From Isosphaeraceae bacterium EP7 (GTDB taxonomy: Bacteria; Planctomycetota; Planctomycetia; Isosphaerales; Isosphaeraceae), in NCBI GenBank assembly GCA_038400315.1, contig CP151667.1, forward strand, positions 1,041,174 to 1,065,173: 24,000 nucleotides of DNA. The letters run 5' to 3'. Below the pieces are notes generated by a model that did not search any database, had not been told where the DNA came from, and saw only the letters and a program-made list of their open reading frames with translations. The position numbers and the translations under genes are program-made. Below are positions 23,973-24,000 of the stretch, one piece after another (positions within the stretch are counted from its first letter, which is position 1; every line of letters starts with the position of its first letter).

Positions 23973-24000
23973 GAGTAACCCCTGATCCTTCCGTCGCCGA

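Noticed and set aside
1-24000. CRISPR arrays, rRNA genes, integrase or recombinase genes
   Set aside because: I saw no regularly spaced direct repeats, no rRNA-like conserved blocks, and no tyrosine or serine recombinase motifs in any listed ORF.

Overview
This is a very GC-rich bacterial chromosome segment, roughly 70% GC by eye. It is almost certainly from a planctomycete, possibly Isosphaeraceae-like. The evidence is a DUF1559/H-X9-DG prepilin-type protein with its usual small lipoprotein partner, an 'LELLEGR' N-terminal motif, and a HYExAFE-family protein.

Positions 1-17.2 kb are densely packed housekeeping genes, many joined by 4-nt start/stop overlaps. On the minus strand: dprA, an inserted class I methyltransferase, and aroB. 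On the plus strand: an M50 protease, a homocysteine S-methyltransferase domain protein, a YkgJ-type Cys-cluster protein, a HYExAFE nuclease-fold protein, a small exported protein, bioB, a FabF-like KAS, bioF, a class V PLP enzyme and coaD. Then on the minus strand an operon of mcsA-like, mcsA-like, mcsB and a J-domain protein, followed by trpE on the plus strand.

Positions 17.2-22.75 kb are a mosaic accessory stretch with lower-GC patches. It holds hicB-hicA, an orphan ORF, a decayed 3' fragment of an M14 carboxypeptidase gene, the DUF1559 plus lipoprotein pair, a decayed copy of the trpE 3' end, two uncharacterised ORFs, and a frameshifted IS66-family transposase remnant. That remnant abuts the intact M14 carboxypeptidase gene at 22710-23972.

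The two most unusual structural observations are these. First, a methyltransferase ORF is embedded in a duplicated dprA 5' end and bracketed by a 23-nt direct repeat. Second, the trpE and M14 gene 3' ends occur as interleaved duplications in the order A-B'-A'-B around the accessory cargo.

I saw no rRNA, tRNA or CRISPR array, and I could not demonstrate a clear-cut novel multi-gene system. The candidates worth follow-up are the mcsA-mcsA-mcsB-J-domain operon, the KAS embedded in the bio cluster, and the two unknown ORFs next to the IS remnant. All homology calls come from motif recognition by eye; no database search was run.
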